From Octopus bimaculoides (Eukaryota): a DNA stretch of 32,691 nucleotides. The position numbers were made by a program, and so were the translations under genes. Within the stretch, counting starts at the first letter, position 1. Each line of letters opens with the position of its first letter. The DNA is taken from the NCBI RefSeq assembly GCF_001194135.2, contig NC_069005.1, forward strand, positions 21,531,598 to 21,564,288, given 5' to 3'. This document shows positions 9,921 through 20,196 of the stretch, piece after piece. The notes beneath the pieces were generated by a model, which saw only the letters and a list, made by a program, of their open reading frames with translations, did not search any database and was not told where the DNA came from.

Positions 9921-10124
9921 TTGTATGTATTTATATATATATATATATACATGTGTATGTATTTATATATATATATATATACACACACATACATGTGTAT
10001 GTATTTATATATATGTATATATATGTACACACACATATACACGTGTATGTATATATATATACATGTGAGAGTGTGTTTATATATATGTATGCATATATAT
10101 ACACACACACACCACATATATACA

Positions 10125-10165
<41 letters not shown>

Positions 10166-10286
10166 ATATATATATATATATGAATATAATATATACATAT
10201 GGCATATGACATAAATATATTATATAAAAAATTCTGTCTATAGATGTGTCCATATATGTGTATACACATACATACACACACACATT
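9670..10286. repeat. Long compound (TA)/(TATG)/(CA) microsatellite
   Basis: Read directly. Confidence 0.95.
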
Positions 10287-10488
10287 TGAAGACAATTTCC
10301 CAAAATTCTATGCCACTGGACTGAACTAGAATTTCTGAAACATAGTGTTGTCTGCACCTATTGTTGAAGCTTTTTTAAAATCATTTCATTTTGATAATTA
10401 AAACCATCAAATATTTATGTGATTTTAATTTACTACGTGAAGTGGATTACAATCCTAAGCATAATCTTTAAATACATATATACATACA

Positions 10489-10588
10489 NNNNNNNNNNNN
10501 NNNNNNNNNNNNNNNNNNNNNNNNNNNNNNNNNNNNNNNNNNNNNNNNNNNNNNNNNNNNNNNNNNNNNNNNNNNNNNNNNNNNNNNN
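10489..10588. other. Assembly gap (100 N, probably an unsized placeholder)
   Basis: N run flanked by microsatellite. Confidence 0.95.
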
Positions 10589-10632
<44 letters not shown>

Positions 10633-11220
10633 AACAGGAACCCTTCGAAATACTGGTATTGATTAATTTTATCTGAAGTACAAGATGAAATGAAAATGGG
10701 CTGAGCTCAGTGTCATTTACTATCTTTAATTACTTGTACAATGGTGAAACAGTAGGGTTTGTAGAACACCGGACAGAATGTGTTATGGTGTTCTTTGTGT
10801 TCTGAGTTCAAATCTCATATAGGTCAAAGTCTAGAGAGACTTCAGGAAGGATTTACCTATAACTGTATTCGGTTATGATTTTAAAAAGAGAAAAGCTGGA
10901 AGGGAAGCATGCTTTGTTTATATAAACATGGTATTGTGGAATTGGTCAAGTGCAGGAGGCCTTCAATGAATGGTTTGTGGAGAAACATCTTTCTTGCCCC
11001 AGTTTTTGGCCTTGTAATTTAAAATATATAAATACAATAGCATTATGTTGTTTAGATTCATACTATATTTGGAAATTGACAGATCTATTATTTTAATATT
11101 GACTGCAATTGGGCAGCTGTGCCTTCAGAAAACAGGACTCTAGGCATTTCATAAGAATGACAAAAGCATGAAGAATGGCTGAACAAGATACTAAAAAAAA
11201 TGTACCTACTCTCTTCACTC

Positions 11221-11351
11221 TACAGGGTGTCCACAAAGTCTGGGTACATGGAGTAAATAAAATCATAACATAAACAATTAAATATAAGACATTATAATTT
11301 CTTAAAGTATGTGTTAATCCCCATGTACCCAGACTTTGCGGACACCCTGTA
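11221..11351. mobile_element. 127-bp Tc1/mariner-type MITE with TA target-site duplication
   Basis: TIRs CAGGGTGTCC(A/G)CAAAGTCTGGGTACATGG at 11223-11251 and 11321-11349 (28/29 match), with TA on both sides. Confidence 0.9.
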
Positions 11352-11624
11352 TATGAGCTTGAAATCTTCATTTCATTCCACCCCAATATTTTCCTTTTTC
11401 TTTTCACTTTTGGTACAAGGAGACTATATGTTGGTAAATGTATGGTCTTTGGATGTTTTCCACGCTCAGTAGAATGCTAACGATTTTCTGTTTGACTTTG
11501 AACAATAAAAGAAAAAAAAAAGAAGAAAAAAGCCCTACTGCACTGGTTATTATATGATAAGGAAAATATAGGAGTGAGGTATCTGGTGCTTTGCTGTACT
11601 TAAAAAGACCTGACTGCCACAGCA

Positions 11625-12123
11625 GAATTGATACCAGTGCTGGTGCCACATAAAAAAAGCACTTGTGGTGGTGCCACATGAAAAGCACTGGTGATGGTGC
11701 CACATGAAAAGTACCCAGTATAATCTGTGGAGTAATGGGTGTTAGGAAGGGCATTCAACCACAGAAACCATGTCGGAACAGCTGCGAGCTGGCAGAAACG
11801 TTAGCACGCCGGATGAAATGCTTAGCCGTATTTTGTCTGCCGCTACGTTCTGAGATGAAATTCCGCTGAGGTCGACTTTGCCTTTCATCCTTTCGGGGTC
11901 GATAAATTAAGTACCAGTTACGTACTGGGGTCAATGTAATCGACTTAATCCCCTTGTCTGTCCTTGTTTGTCCCCTCTTTGTTTAGCCCCTTGTGGGCAA
12001 TAAAGAAATAAGAAACCATGTCAGAACAGACAATGGAGCCCATGCCCTCCCCCCAGTCTTACCAGGTCCGGTCAAACTGTCCAAGCCATGCCAGCATGGA
12101 AAATGGTCATTAAATGATGATGA
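11625..12123 (+). mobile_element. RTE-type tail B' interrupted by a family C SINE
   Basis: Minisatellite units at about 11630-11720. The element resumes after 12011 and ends with CCATGCCAGCATGG and (GAT)n. Confidence 0.7.
11782..12010 (+). mobile_element. Young tRNA-derived SINE, family C, with a 19-bp TSD
   Basis: TSD AGAAACCATGTC(G/A)GAACAG at 11763-11781 and 12011-12029. Highly similar to 13729-13960. Confidence 0.9.
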
Positions 12124-12134
12124 TGGCATCTTCC

Positions 12135-12360
12135 TTCTCCCTGCCTTACAGCATTTGACTGAACATATTCATTGCATGCCAGAGGTCATCTTCTGATGAA
12201 CCATGTCGCATCATGTCATCTGCAAATATCAGGTGAATGATCCTACATCCGCTGATTGTGATACCATTTTCACAATATGTGTGCACAGCTCATAAATATG
12301 AAAAGGAAAAGAGACAATACACATCTCTGCTAAAGTTCAACGCTCACATTGAATGGTTTC
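12135..12360 (-). pseudogene. RTE-clade reverse transcriptase core remnant
   Basis: KPFNVSVEL*QRCVLSLFLF (motif B, QG-like), then after a frameshift GITISGCRIIHLIFADDMMRHGSSEDDLWHAMNMF (FADD). Confidence 0.8.
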
Positions 12361-12363
12361 TCC

Positions 12364-12520
12364 AGGTTGAGCCGATACATCTCTATATTGAGAGGTTACA
12401 GTTCTGGTGTTATGGACATGTGATAAGAATATTGCAGGAAAGAATCGCAAGACTGATTCTTCAAACTGAGTCTGGAAAGTGACCTAGGGGTAGACCAAGA
12501 ATGAGATGGTTGGATAGACT
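12364..12520 (+). pseudogene. RTE-clade ORF2 C-terminal remnant
   Basis: VEPIHLYIERLQFWCYGHVIRILQERIARLILQTESGK*PRGRPRMRWLD matches the RTE pattern W.GHV.R...R.RGRPR.RW.D. Confidence 0.8.
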
Positions 12521-12732
12521 GTTGCCATACCGCCTGACTGGCCTTCGTGCTGGTGGCACGTAAAAGCATCCTCTACACTCTCGGAGTGGTTGGCGTTAGG
12601 AAGGGCATCCAGCTGTAGAAACTCTGCCAAATCAGATTGGAGCCTGGTGTAGCCACCTGGTTTCACCAGTCCTCAGTCAAATCGTCCAACCCATGCTAGC
12701 ATGGAAAGCAGACATTAAACGATGATGATGAT
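12521..12732 (+). mobile_element. RTE-type 3' tail, young family B
   Basis: Reverse complement of 6639-6840. Palindrome at 12691-12704 and (GAT)n tail. Confidence 0.8.
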
Positions 12733-13373
12733 TAGTTGATCATGCTTGGAAATCCACTCAGATAGTGTAATGACATATGCTTCTAGTAGAACCCTATGGA
12801 AGAGCTACTTGAGGACCCTACTTGGTATGCTTATGTGGTCACGAACAGACATGGCTACCCTTTCAGCCCCGTCACCTTTGTCCCAACAGGGCATCTAAGA
12901 TGTGACAGCTGGAGGAAGAGAGCTGCACCATATCCTGTTGATACTCATTTACAGCTGAGTATACTGGACCTATATGAAACAAGGTGCTTTGAATGACCGG
13001 ATTATAATTTAAGATCCTGTCAACTGAAGCACAATGATGATCCCTGCACATGAAGGATCCTTGTGTATTTATTGCAGCGAGTATATTTTCTGTTATTGAT
13101 ATTAGATTAGCAAGCAGAGATTTACATTACTAAATTATGGGGCATTTACATAATGATAATGCCAAAAGTACATTTCTTTCTTCACTGAAAGAAAAATTGG
13201 TTGGAATTCAGAATAAAAAAAATGTTAAGGAGGTATTCTAAAGATTCCAGACGCCCATTTTACTTGGAAACAATTTGAAGAAACCTGAAGATGTTCAACT
13301 ACATATAATTGAATTAAATGTATCCTAGAACTGTTAGGATTGTATATCTAAATGAAGTTTCCTGAGTAATAAA

Positions 13374-13520
13374 TTAATCCTTTTGATACCAACCTACATG
13401 ATGAGATCACCCTTGGGTCTATGACGCAAACTTCCTATTTTAAATGATCTAAATCAAACTCTTCCAAACATCAGCTTAATAAATAATGACAAAGTTACTT
13501 TAATAAATTCTTAATTTCAT
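13374..13520 (-). mobile_element. Partial piggyBac-like MITE, family G
   Basis: TTAA-TCCTTTTGATACC terminus and body similar to the other G copies. Confidence 0.6.
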
Positions 13521-13524
13521 AGAT

Positions 13525-13681
13525 GCAGGCATGGCTGTGTGGTAAATGCTTGCTTCCTAACCAGATGGTTGCAGGTTCAGTCCCACTGCAGGGCAACTTG
13601 GGCAAGTGCCTCCTACTATAACATTGGGCTGACCAAAGACTTGTGAGTGGATTTAGTAGATGGAAACTGAAAGAAGTTTGT

Positions 13682-13714
<33 letters not shown>

Positions 13715-13725
13715 ACATGCACACA
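13525..13725 (+). mobile_element. SINE family A head plus (CA)n
   Basis: GGCTGTGTGGTAA...GGTTCAGTCCCACTGC...GGAAACTGAAAGAAG. Confidence 0.75.
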
Positions 13726-13728
13726 CGC

Positions 13729-13960
13729 GGCGGTGAGCTGGCAGAAACATTAGCACGCCGGGCGAAATGCTTAGCGGTATTTCGTCTGCCGCTACGTTCT
13801 GAGTTCAAATTCCGCCGAGGCCGACTTTGCCTTTCATCCTTTCGGGGTTGATTAAATAAGTACCAGTTACGCACTGGGGTCGATATAATCGACTTAGTCC
13901 GTTTGTCTGTCTTTGTTTGTCCCCTCTGTGTGTAGCCCCTTGTGGGTAGTAAAGAAATAA
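13729..13960 (+). mobile_element. Young tRNA-derived SINE, family C
   Basis: CpG-rich head GGCGGTGAGCTGGCAGAA, B-box GAGTTCAAATTCC and tail TAAAGAAATAA. Sits in the (CA)n of a family A copy. Confidence 0.88.
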
Positions 13961-13967
13961 CACACAA

Positions 13968-14222
13968 ACAATAGACACCAAAAATGTATAGAAAATAGAT
14001 TCTATCACATGCCAAGGGGGAAAAAACTAGAAGTAGTCAACAGCTTCCGTTACCTAGGTGACCAAGTAAGTGGTAGGGGTGGATTCTCTGAGAGCATAGC
14101 TGCTAGAATCAGAATAGGCTGGGCAAAGTTCAGAGAGCTCCTACCTCTGTTGGTGACAAAGGGCCTCTCATTCAGGTTGAAAGGCAGACTGTATGATGCC
14201 TGTGTGCAAACAGTCATGCGGT
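13968..14222 (+). pseudogene. RTE-clade RT C-terminal fragment
   Basis: KLEVVNSFRYLGDQVSGRGGFSESIAARIRIGWAKFRELLPLLVTKGLSFRLKGRLYDACVQTVM, containing the F.YLG and K.RLY motifs. Confidence 0.85.
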
Positions 14223-14224
14223 GC

Positions 14225-14420
14225 TGTCATCGAATTTGATTCCGATTTCACTTGCCTCAACAGGTCTCCACAAGCTTAGTTTAGTGTCCAATGAAAGAAA
14301 GGTACTCCTAACCTGGTTGGTTACACCACCAGCATAGGCCACAGGTGATGGTCTCACTTGGCCTGCCGGGTCTTCTCAAGCACAGCATATATCCAAAGTT
14401 CTCGGTCACTAGTCATTGTC
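14225..14420 (-). pseudogene. RTE ORF2 extreme C-terminus plus 3' UTR fragment
   Basis: Minus-strand translation MTSDRELWIYAVLEKTRQAK* resembles the RTE DR..WR terminal motif. Confidence 0.55.
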
Positions 14421-14517
14421 TATATATAAAATTTAAAGTTAGCACAAGGCATGAGGATGTGGAAAAAGTAGCAACCAGTTTAGAAATAGGAGCTAAATTT
14501 GTAATTCAACTGCTGGA

Positions 14518-14974
14518 NNNNNNNNNNNNNNNNNNNNNNNNNNNNNNNNNNNNNNNNNNNNNNNNNNNNNNNNNNNNNNNNNNNNNNNNNNNNNNNNNNN
14601 NNNNNNNNNNNNNNNNNNNNNNNNNNNNNNNNNNNNNNNNNNNNNNNNNNNNNNNNNNNNNNNNNNNNNNNNNNNNNNNNNNNNNNNNNNNNNNNNNNNN
14701 NNNNNNNNNNNNNNNNNNNNNNNNNNNNNNNNNNNNNNNNNNNNNNNNNNNNNNNNNNNNNNNNNNNNNNNNNNNNNNNNNNNNNNNNNNNNNNNNNNNN
14801 NNNNNNNNNNNNNNNNNNNNNNNNNNNNNNNNNNNNNNNNNNNNNNNNNNNNNNNNNNNNNNNNNNNNNNNNNNNNNNNNNNNNNNNNNNNNNNNNNNNN
14901 NNNNNNNNNNNNNNNNNNNNNNNNNNNNNNNNNNNNNNNNNNNNNNNNNNNNNNNNNNNNNNNNNNNNNNNNNN
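14518..14974. other. Assembly gap (457 N)
   Basis: N run. Followed by (AT)n and the 3' half of a family A SINE (15020-15185), so the SINE head probably lies in the gap. Confidence 0.95.
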
Positions 14975-15019
<45 letters not shown>

Positions 15020-15567
15020 CCACTTGACAACCAGTGTTGGTTTGTTATTTCCCTGTAACTTACCAGTTCAGCAAAAGTGATCGATAGAATAAGTATCAAT
15101 CTTTAAAAAATAAGCACTGGGGTTGATTTACTTTTCACTAAAAATTCTTCAACATGGTGCCCCAGCATGGCCACAGACTGAAACAATGTATTAATTTGTA
15201 AATAATACATTTCTAAATCTCTCAGAGAGATTTATGCAGTAGTGACATGATGAAGTAGTTGTATGCTGTCATTAATTCATATTCTAAACACTATCTTAAT
15301 CCTTTTGCATAAATCTTTAGAAGTAGTAAAACAACTTTCCTGTTATTAATCTGGTGTCTAGGACAGAAGTTAACTTGAAATTTTGAAGAATGTTTTAACT
15401 TAGATGTCTTTCAAACCTGAAGTGTGTATCATAGAACCAGAGGCAATCGCAGGTGAATTGGTTTGAAAAGAGTCAAGTATATTGCCCATATGTATTTGGG
15501 AAATGTTTGGAGCAGATCTCGTGCATTCAGCCATTTCACATCAATTCTTTATTGTATTATTAATTCA

Positions 15568-15941
15568 GGTGCATGACTTGGTGGTTAGAATGTCAAGCTC
15601 TTGATCATGAGGTAGTGAATTCAATTCTTGGACTGGGCTGTGTGTTGTGTTCTTGAGCAAGACACTTCATTTTACGTTGCTCCAGTTCACTCATCTGTAG
15701 AAATGTGTTGCGATGTCTCTAGTGCCAAGCTGTATCGGTCTTTGCCTTTCCCTTGGGTGACATGGTCTGGAGAAGGATGGCTAGTATACATGGGTGATCT
15801 TCCATTAGCAACCTTGCCTGGACTTGTGCCTTGGAGGAGAACCTTCTGGGGCAATCTGATGGTCATTCATGACTGAAGTGGATCTTTACCCTTTATTGTT
15901 ACCCTTTATTGTTAACCCTTTATTGTAACCCTTTATTGTTA
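15568..15941 (+). mobile_element. tRNA-derived SINE with an E-type core and a distinct tail ending in four 13-14-nt tandem units
   Basis: TGGTGGTTAG A-box-like, AATTCAATTC B-box-like and core CTTGAGCAAGACACTTCATTT..TTGCTCCAGTTCACTC. ACCCTTTATTGT(T)A x4 at 15888-15941. Confidence 0.7.
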
Positions 15942-16434
15942 ACAATCCTTTTGTTGCCTTGACCTGCTATCACTTGTTCTTCAAAATGTTTTGCTAGCCT
16001 GGTTGCATAAGAATTGAACTCAGTAACACAAATTCCCAATGTTTGGTCTTATCATGTGTGAGTATGCATGCATCACACCCACACATGCACTCTTTCTGTC
16101 TGTCTGTCTCACTCTCTCATGCACTGATTTTTTTTATTCTCTGTTTATTTCTAGAAAATTAACTATACCATCTGGTTAAAATATTAAATAACTAGAATGA
16201 AACAAATTTCTAGGGTAAAAAATTAGTTACAAGGTCAAAGTATGAAAGTTCAATGTTATATTTGCCATTAAAATATTATATAAATCTTTCAGACAATGAT
16301 TTTTTTTCTCTTTATTTCAAAAAACAAAGAATAAAAACTAAAACAAAAAGCATGTTACCCAGAAGTTGTATACTTTGTCGGTCAGTTGATCTGTTTGAAC
16401 ATGACTACGGCATAGATTTAACAACTCAAAACAC

Positions 16435-17020
16435 TTACCCCTTTTTGCTACCAGCCTGCCTGAGTCCACTCCACTTCCAAGTTCTATGATAGAAACCATC
16501 TTGTTTTAAAATGATCTAAATTAGTGATTCTCGACCATTTTTTTAATCTATGGACTCCTTTGATTACTATTTTATTCTACCCCTTACCATTAATTTTTTA
16601 AAAACTAGTTTTATAGAAACTTCTTTCAAAATTCCTATTTTGTCTTTCACACATTAACTTGTGTAGGTTGAATTATGTAAAATTTTAGAGAAAGAAACCT
16701 AGCTGTTTCTTGCAATACATACCAATACATACATCTAAACCAAATTTTTTTTCTGGGGCCCTTAAAATACTAATGTAGATCCCCAATTTATTGTATCATG
16801 TGGACCCCACAAAATTTTATATGGACCCATCAGGGGCAAAATGGTCCCTCATTGAGAACCACTAGTCTAAATTAAAATTTTCCATCAAAATTTTATGTTT
16901 GTTTTTATTCCAAACATCATCCTAATAATTGTAGTATTTTACAAAGTTTTTCATTATTTTAAAACTTAACTGAAATTAAGGCAGTTTATTTCAATGGAGA
17001 TATGGTAACAAACAGGTGAA
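16435..17020 (-). mobile_element. piggyBac-like MITE G interrupted by a hAT MITE
   Basis: G body at 16435-16521 resumes at 16865-17020. Confidence 0.65.
16522..16864. mobile_element. 343-bp hAT-type MITE with an 8-bp TSD
   Basis: Imperfect TIRs TAGTGATTCTCGA and TTGAGAACCACTA. TSD ATCTAAAT (16514-16521) versus GTCTAAAT (16865-16872). Confidence 0.8.
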
Positions 17021-17093
17021 GAAAGAGCTAATAGGTCGCTATATCCTGTCATTGAGTTCTTTTCACAGCCACGTTGTTTTGGGTTCAGTTCTT

Positions 17094-17328
17094 CCTTCAA
17101 CATTCAGATCACTCTATTAAATGCAATACTTATTTCTTCACATTGTTTTAAATTAATCATACATCGTCTTCAATCTGGCCACATCCTGCCTATCACAATG
17201 TTAGTTCAAAAAATATACCGTCACATAATCAAAATCTCAAGGCTACAAGATATTGCAGATTAAATTGAAAACAATGTGAATAAATAAGCGTTACATTTGA
17301 TAGAATAATGTGAATGCTAAAGGGTTAA
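17094..17328. mobile_element. piggyBac-like MITE family F variant with long inverted arms
   Basis: Right end AATGCTAAAGGG-TTAA. 17101-17158 is an imperfect reverse complement of about 17257-17315. Confidence 0.6.
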
Positions 17329-17450
17329 ACATCAAATAGTTCTGAGGGTCCATCCAAGTGAATCAAGAATCCAGGGGGTCCATAGGAAAAAAATTGTTGA
17401 GAAACTCTTGTGTAAGGTATACTTGTTATCTGTAGATTATCTTAAAACAT

Positions 17451-17841
17451 TGTGGAGGCGCAATGGCCCAGTGGTTAGGGCAGTGGACTCACGGTCATGG
17501 GATCGCAGTTTCGATTCCCAGACCGGGCGTTGTGAGTGTTTATTGAGCGAAAACACCTAAAGCTCCACGAGGCTCCAGCAGGGGATGGTGGCGAACCCTG
17601 CTGTACTCTTTCACCACAACTTTCTCTCACTCTTACTTCCTGTTTCTGTTGTGCCTGTAATTCAAAGGGTCAGCCTTGTCATACTCTGTGTCACGCTGAA
17701 TATCCCTGAGAACTACGTTAAGGGTACACGTATCTGTGGAGTGCTCAGCCACTTGCACATTAATTTCATGAGCAGGCTGTTCCGTTGATCGAATCAACTG
17801 GAACCCTCGACGTCGTAAGCGACGGAGTGCCAGCCACAACA
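17451..17841 (+). mobile_element. Young tRNA-derived SINE, family D, with a 12-bp TSD
   Basis: A-box TGGCCCAGTGG, B-box GTTTCGATTCC and (AAC)-type tail. TSD ATCTTAAAACAT at 17439-17450 and 17842-17853. Confidence 0.92.
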
Positions 17842-18156
17842 ATCTTAAAACATGGCTATCAGTTTTTTAGATGGTGATGTTCTTTACAAAGGTGTTGCTG
17901 TGAGCAGGTCAAGTGACTAAATCTTTTCAATGGTTTGATAAATCTTATGAAATCTCTTGGTTTCCTAGTCAACATTGTTATGAGCCACAACAACAACAGC
18001 AGAACTGTAATTGGTCACTGGAACAACAGCAATAACATTGTAAATATCAGCTCCTGCACGACTTAAGACAGCAGTAGCAGCAACAGTATTTTAAGTAATA
18101 GTAGCTGCAGCGATACTGGATTTGACAAGTAATTTGTTGCTTTGCAATGAGAATGT

Positions 18157-18295
18157 TTAAACCAGCTGTATCTGGCCCAAATATTCTGCCTGTTTTATAT
18201 TGAAACTGACCAGGTTTGAAGTCTTGCACTTATCCTACAATGTCGTTCATAAAATATGGAATCATATCATTGAAATTTCAAAGCTAAAGGGTTAA
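18157..18295 (+). mobile_element. Partial piggyBac-like MITE F
   Basis: TTTAAACCAGC..ATCTGGCCCAAATATTC body and GCTAAAGGG-TTAA end. Confidence 0.6.
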
Positions 18296-18597
18296 GCTAG
18301 TTTGTCAAGAAACTCGTAAACCAAGAACTGGTGACTTGTTACAAACTGCTGACCCCCTTCTCCCCCACCTCACCCGCATGGCCACTCAGTTTACTTCTTT
18401 CAGCCAATGCATTAATCCCTGCGGCAAGTCAGCTTGTTCCTTATTGTCTTAGTCAGCTGCAACTCTCTTGAAGGAATAAATTTTCAAATTTAAAAAAAAG
18501 AATATTTAATGAATGAAGTTAAAAATTAAATTGAATTTTTGCTGTTATCTTATTTAGTCTTCAAGAAACACTTGCGTCGTCGTTGTCGTCATCATCA

Positions 18598-18790
18598 TCA
18601 TCATAATCATCACCATTTAATGTCTGTCTTCCATGTTGGTAGGGGTTGGTTAGTTGGACAGGATCCAACAAGCCTGAAGACTGTGTTGAGCTCCGGTGTT
18701 TGCTTTGGTATGGTTTATAGCTGGATGCCATCCCTAATGCCAACCACTTTACGGAATGTATTGAGTGCTTTTTCATGACACTGACACTAA
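18598..18790 (-). mobile_element. Decayed RTE-type tail B'
   Basis: (CAT)n, then TTAATGTCTGTCTTCCATG...AGCTGGATGCC..CCTAATGCCAACCAC. Confidence 0.65.
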
Positions 18791-19070
18791 TGTGCATGCG
18801 TAATGTGTGTGTGTGTGTGTGTGTATGCATGCATGTGTGTATGCTTCCCTTTTTTTTTTCTCTGTTGGTGCATGTAACTCACCGGACAAAGAAAAAGACC
18901 CCAATGCTGAGTTTGGTTGGAGAAGAGGATGAAATGGCTCTATGGCAGATGTTGAGAAGTTAATGTAGGATAGAAGTGTTTTGCTATAAAGGAGGTACAT
19001 GGCTACTCTGCCATATATAAAGATGACAGAAGGTAGTTGGAAAGAAGACCTTGATGAACAGTGAAATTGG

Positions 19071-19299
19071 TTAACTCTTTAAGTACCAACCCACCTGAGA
19101 CTGCTCCAAGTTCTATGACAAACTTACTACTGTTTTAAAGTGGTATAAATTATAATCTTCCATCAAGATTTTATGCTAAATTATTCCAGACACCAGCTTG
19201 ATAATTAGAAAGTTATTTTACTAAATATTTCATTATTTAGAAAATTAATTGAAATAAAGGTAGCATATGTTAACAGAAATATGGTAACAAAAGAGTTAA
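19071..19299 (-). mobile_element. Full-length piggyBac-like MITE G with TTAA TSDs
   Basis: TTAA-CTCTTT ... AAAGAG-TTAA. Confidence 0.75.
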
Positions 19300-19699
19300 G
19301 GGATGATTAAGTATCTGAAGGAATGAATGAATGAATAAATTTATGCAGAAATGGAAAAAGAGAAAGAGAAAAAAAAATATTTACTTTGTTTAAAAAACGT
19401 TTTTAACCAAAGGTCATTTTTGTTGACAAAGATGTTTAAACAATAAAAACAAAAAAAAAAAGAAATGTAACGTCACTCATGTTAGCAACCTTGTCACTAC
19501 CTTATGCAGGTCATCTGAAACATGTCCTTCTGCTAATGATATCCAAAGTTCAAGGAATAATTCTTGTGAATTGATTATCCTACTTTTCGTCAAATCAATT
19601 TCTCCTCTTTCAGGAAGTTACCTCTTTCTTTTTCTTTTTTTTTTTTTTTTATAAAAAACCCATAAATTTGGTTGGAAGTCTTAAGTTGAAACGGATATA

Positions 19700-19889
19700 T
19701 TGGCACAAGCATAGGTGTCTGCTTATGATGTTTGCTTCCCAGTTACATGTTCTTTCAAGTTCAGTCTCACTACAGGGCATCTTGGGTAAGTGTCTTTTAT
19801 CGTAACACTGCGCTGACCAAAGTTTTGTTAGTGGATTAGGTAGATGGAAATTGAAAGTAGCCTGTTGTGTTATATCTATGTGTATATAT

Positions 19890-19962
<73 letters not shown>

Positions 19963-20132
19963 TATAAATGTATGTACATATAAATGTATGTACGTATATA
20001 TGTATGTACGTATATATGTATGTACATATAACTGTATGTACGTATATATGTATGTACATATATATGTATATATATATATGTATGTATATATATATATATA
20101 TGTATGTATGTATATATTTATGTATATATATG

Positions 20133-20185
<53 letters not shown>

Positions 20186-20196
20186 TATGTATGTTT
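19700..20196 (+). mobile_element. Decayed SINE A head running into a long compound microsatellite (about 19876-20196)
   Basis: TTCAGTCTCACT, CTTGGGTAAGTGTCTT and GGAAATTGAAAG, then TA/CA/TATG repeats. Confidence 0.65.

Noticed and set aside
7537-10295. Many long overlapping ORFs rich in Y/I/C/V/H/T (also 19649-20252 and 26426-26792)
   Set aside because: They are translations of dinucleotide and tetranucleotide microsatellites, which lack stops by construction.
13968-14420. A second twin-priming inversion
   Set aside because: The two RTE fragments converge at the 3' UTR end, which is the wrong geometry. Two separate fragments or a later rearrangement is more likely.
14345-15099. ORFs of 176-237 aa, and similar ones at 10419-10676 and 21951-22554
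   Set aside because: Their length comes from N runs. The flanking translations are repeat-derived or unrecognisable.
17451-17530. tRNA gene (also the heads at 13729, 27150-27219 and 27343)
   Set aside because: A/B boxes are present, but the sequence continues into a SINE body with tail and TSDs, and no complete cloverleaf is evident.
18885-18945. Minus-strand 57-nt candidate exon with a CCG/GTGAGT donor
   Set aside because: The donor is strong, but the peptide (EPFHPLLQPNSALGSFSLS) is low-information and the acceptor mediocre. No partner exons were found.
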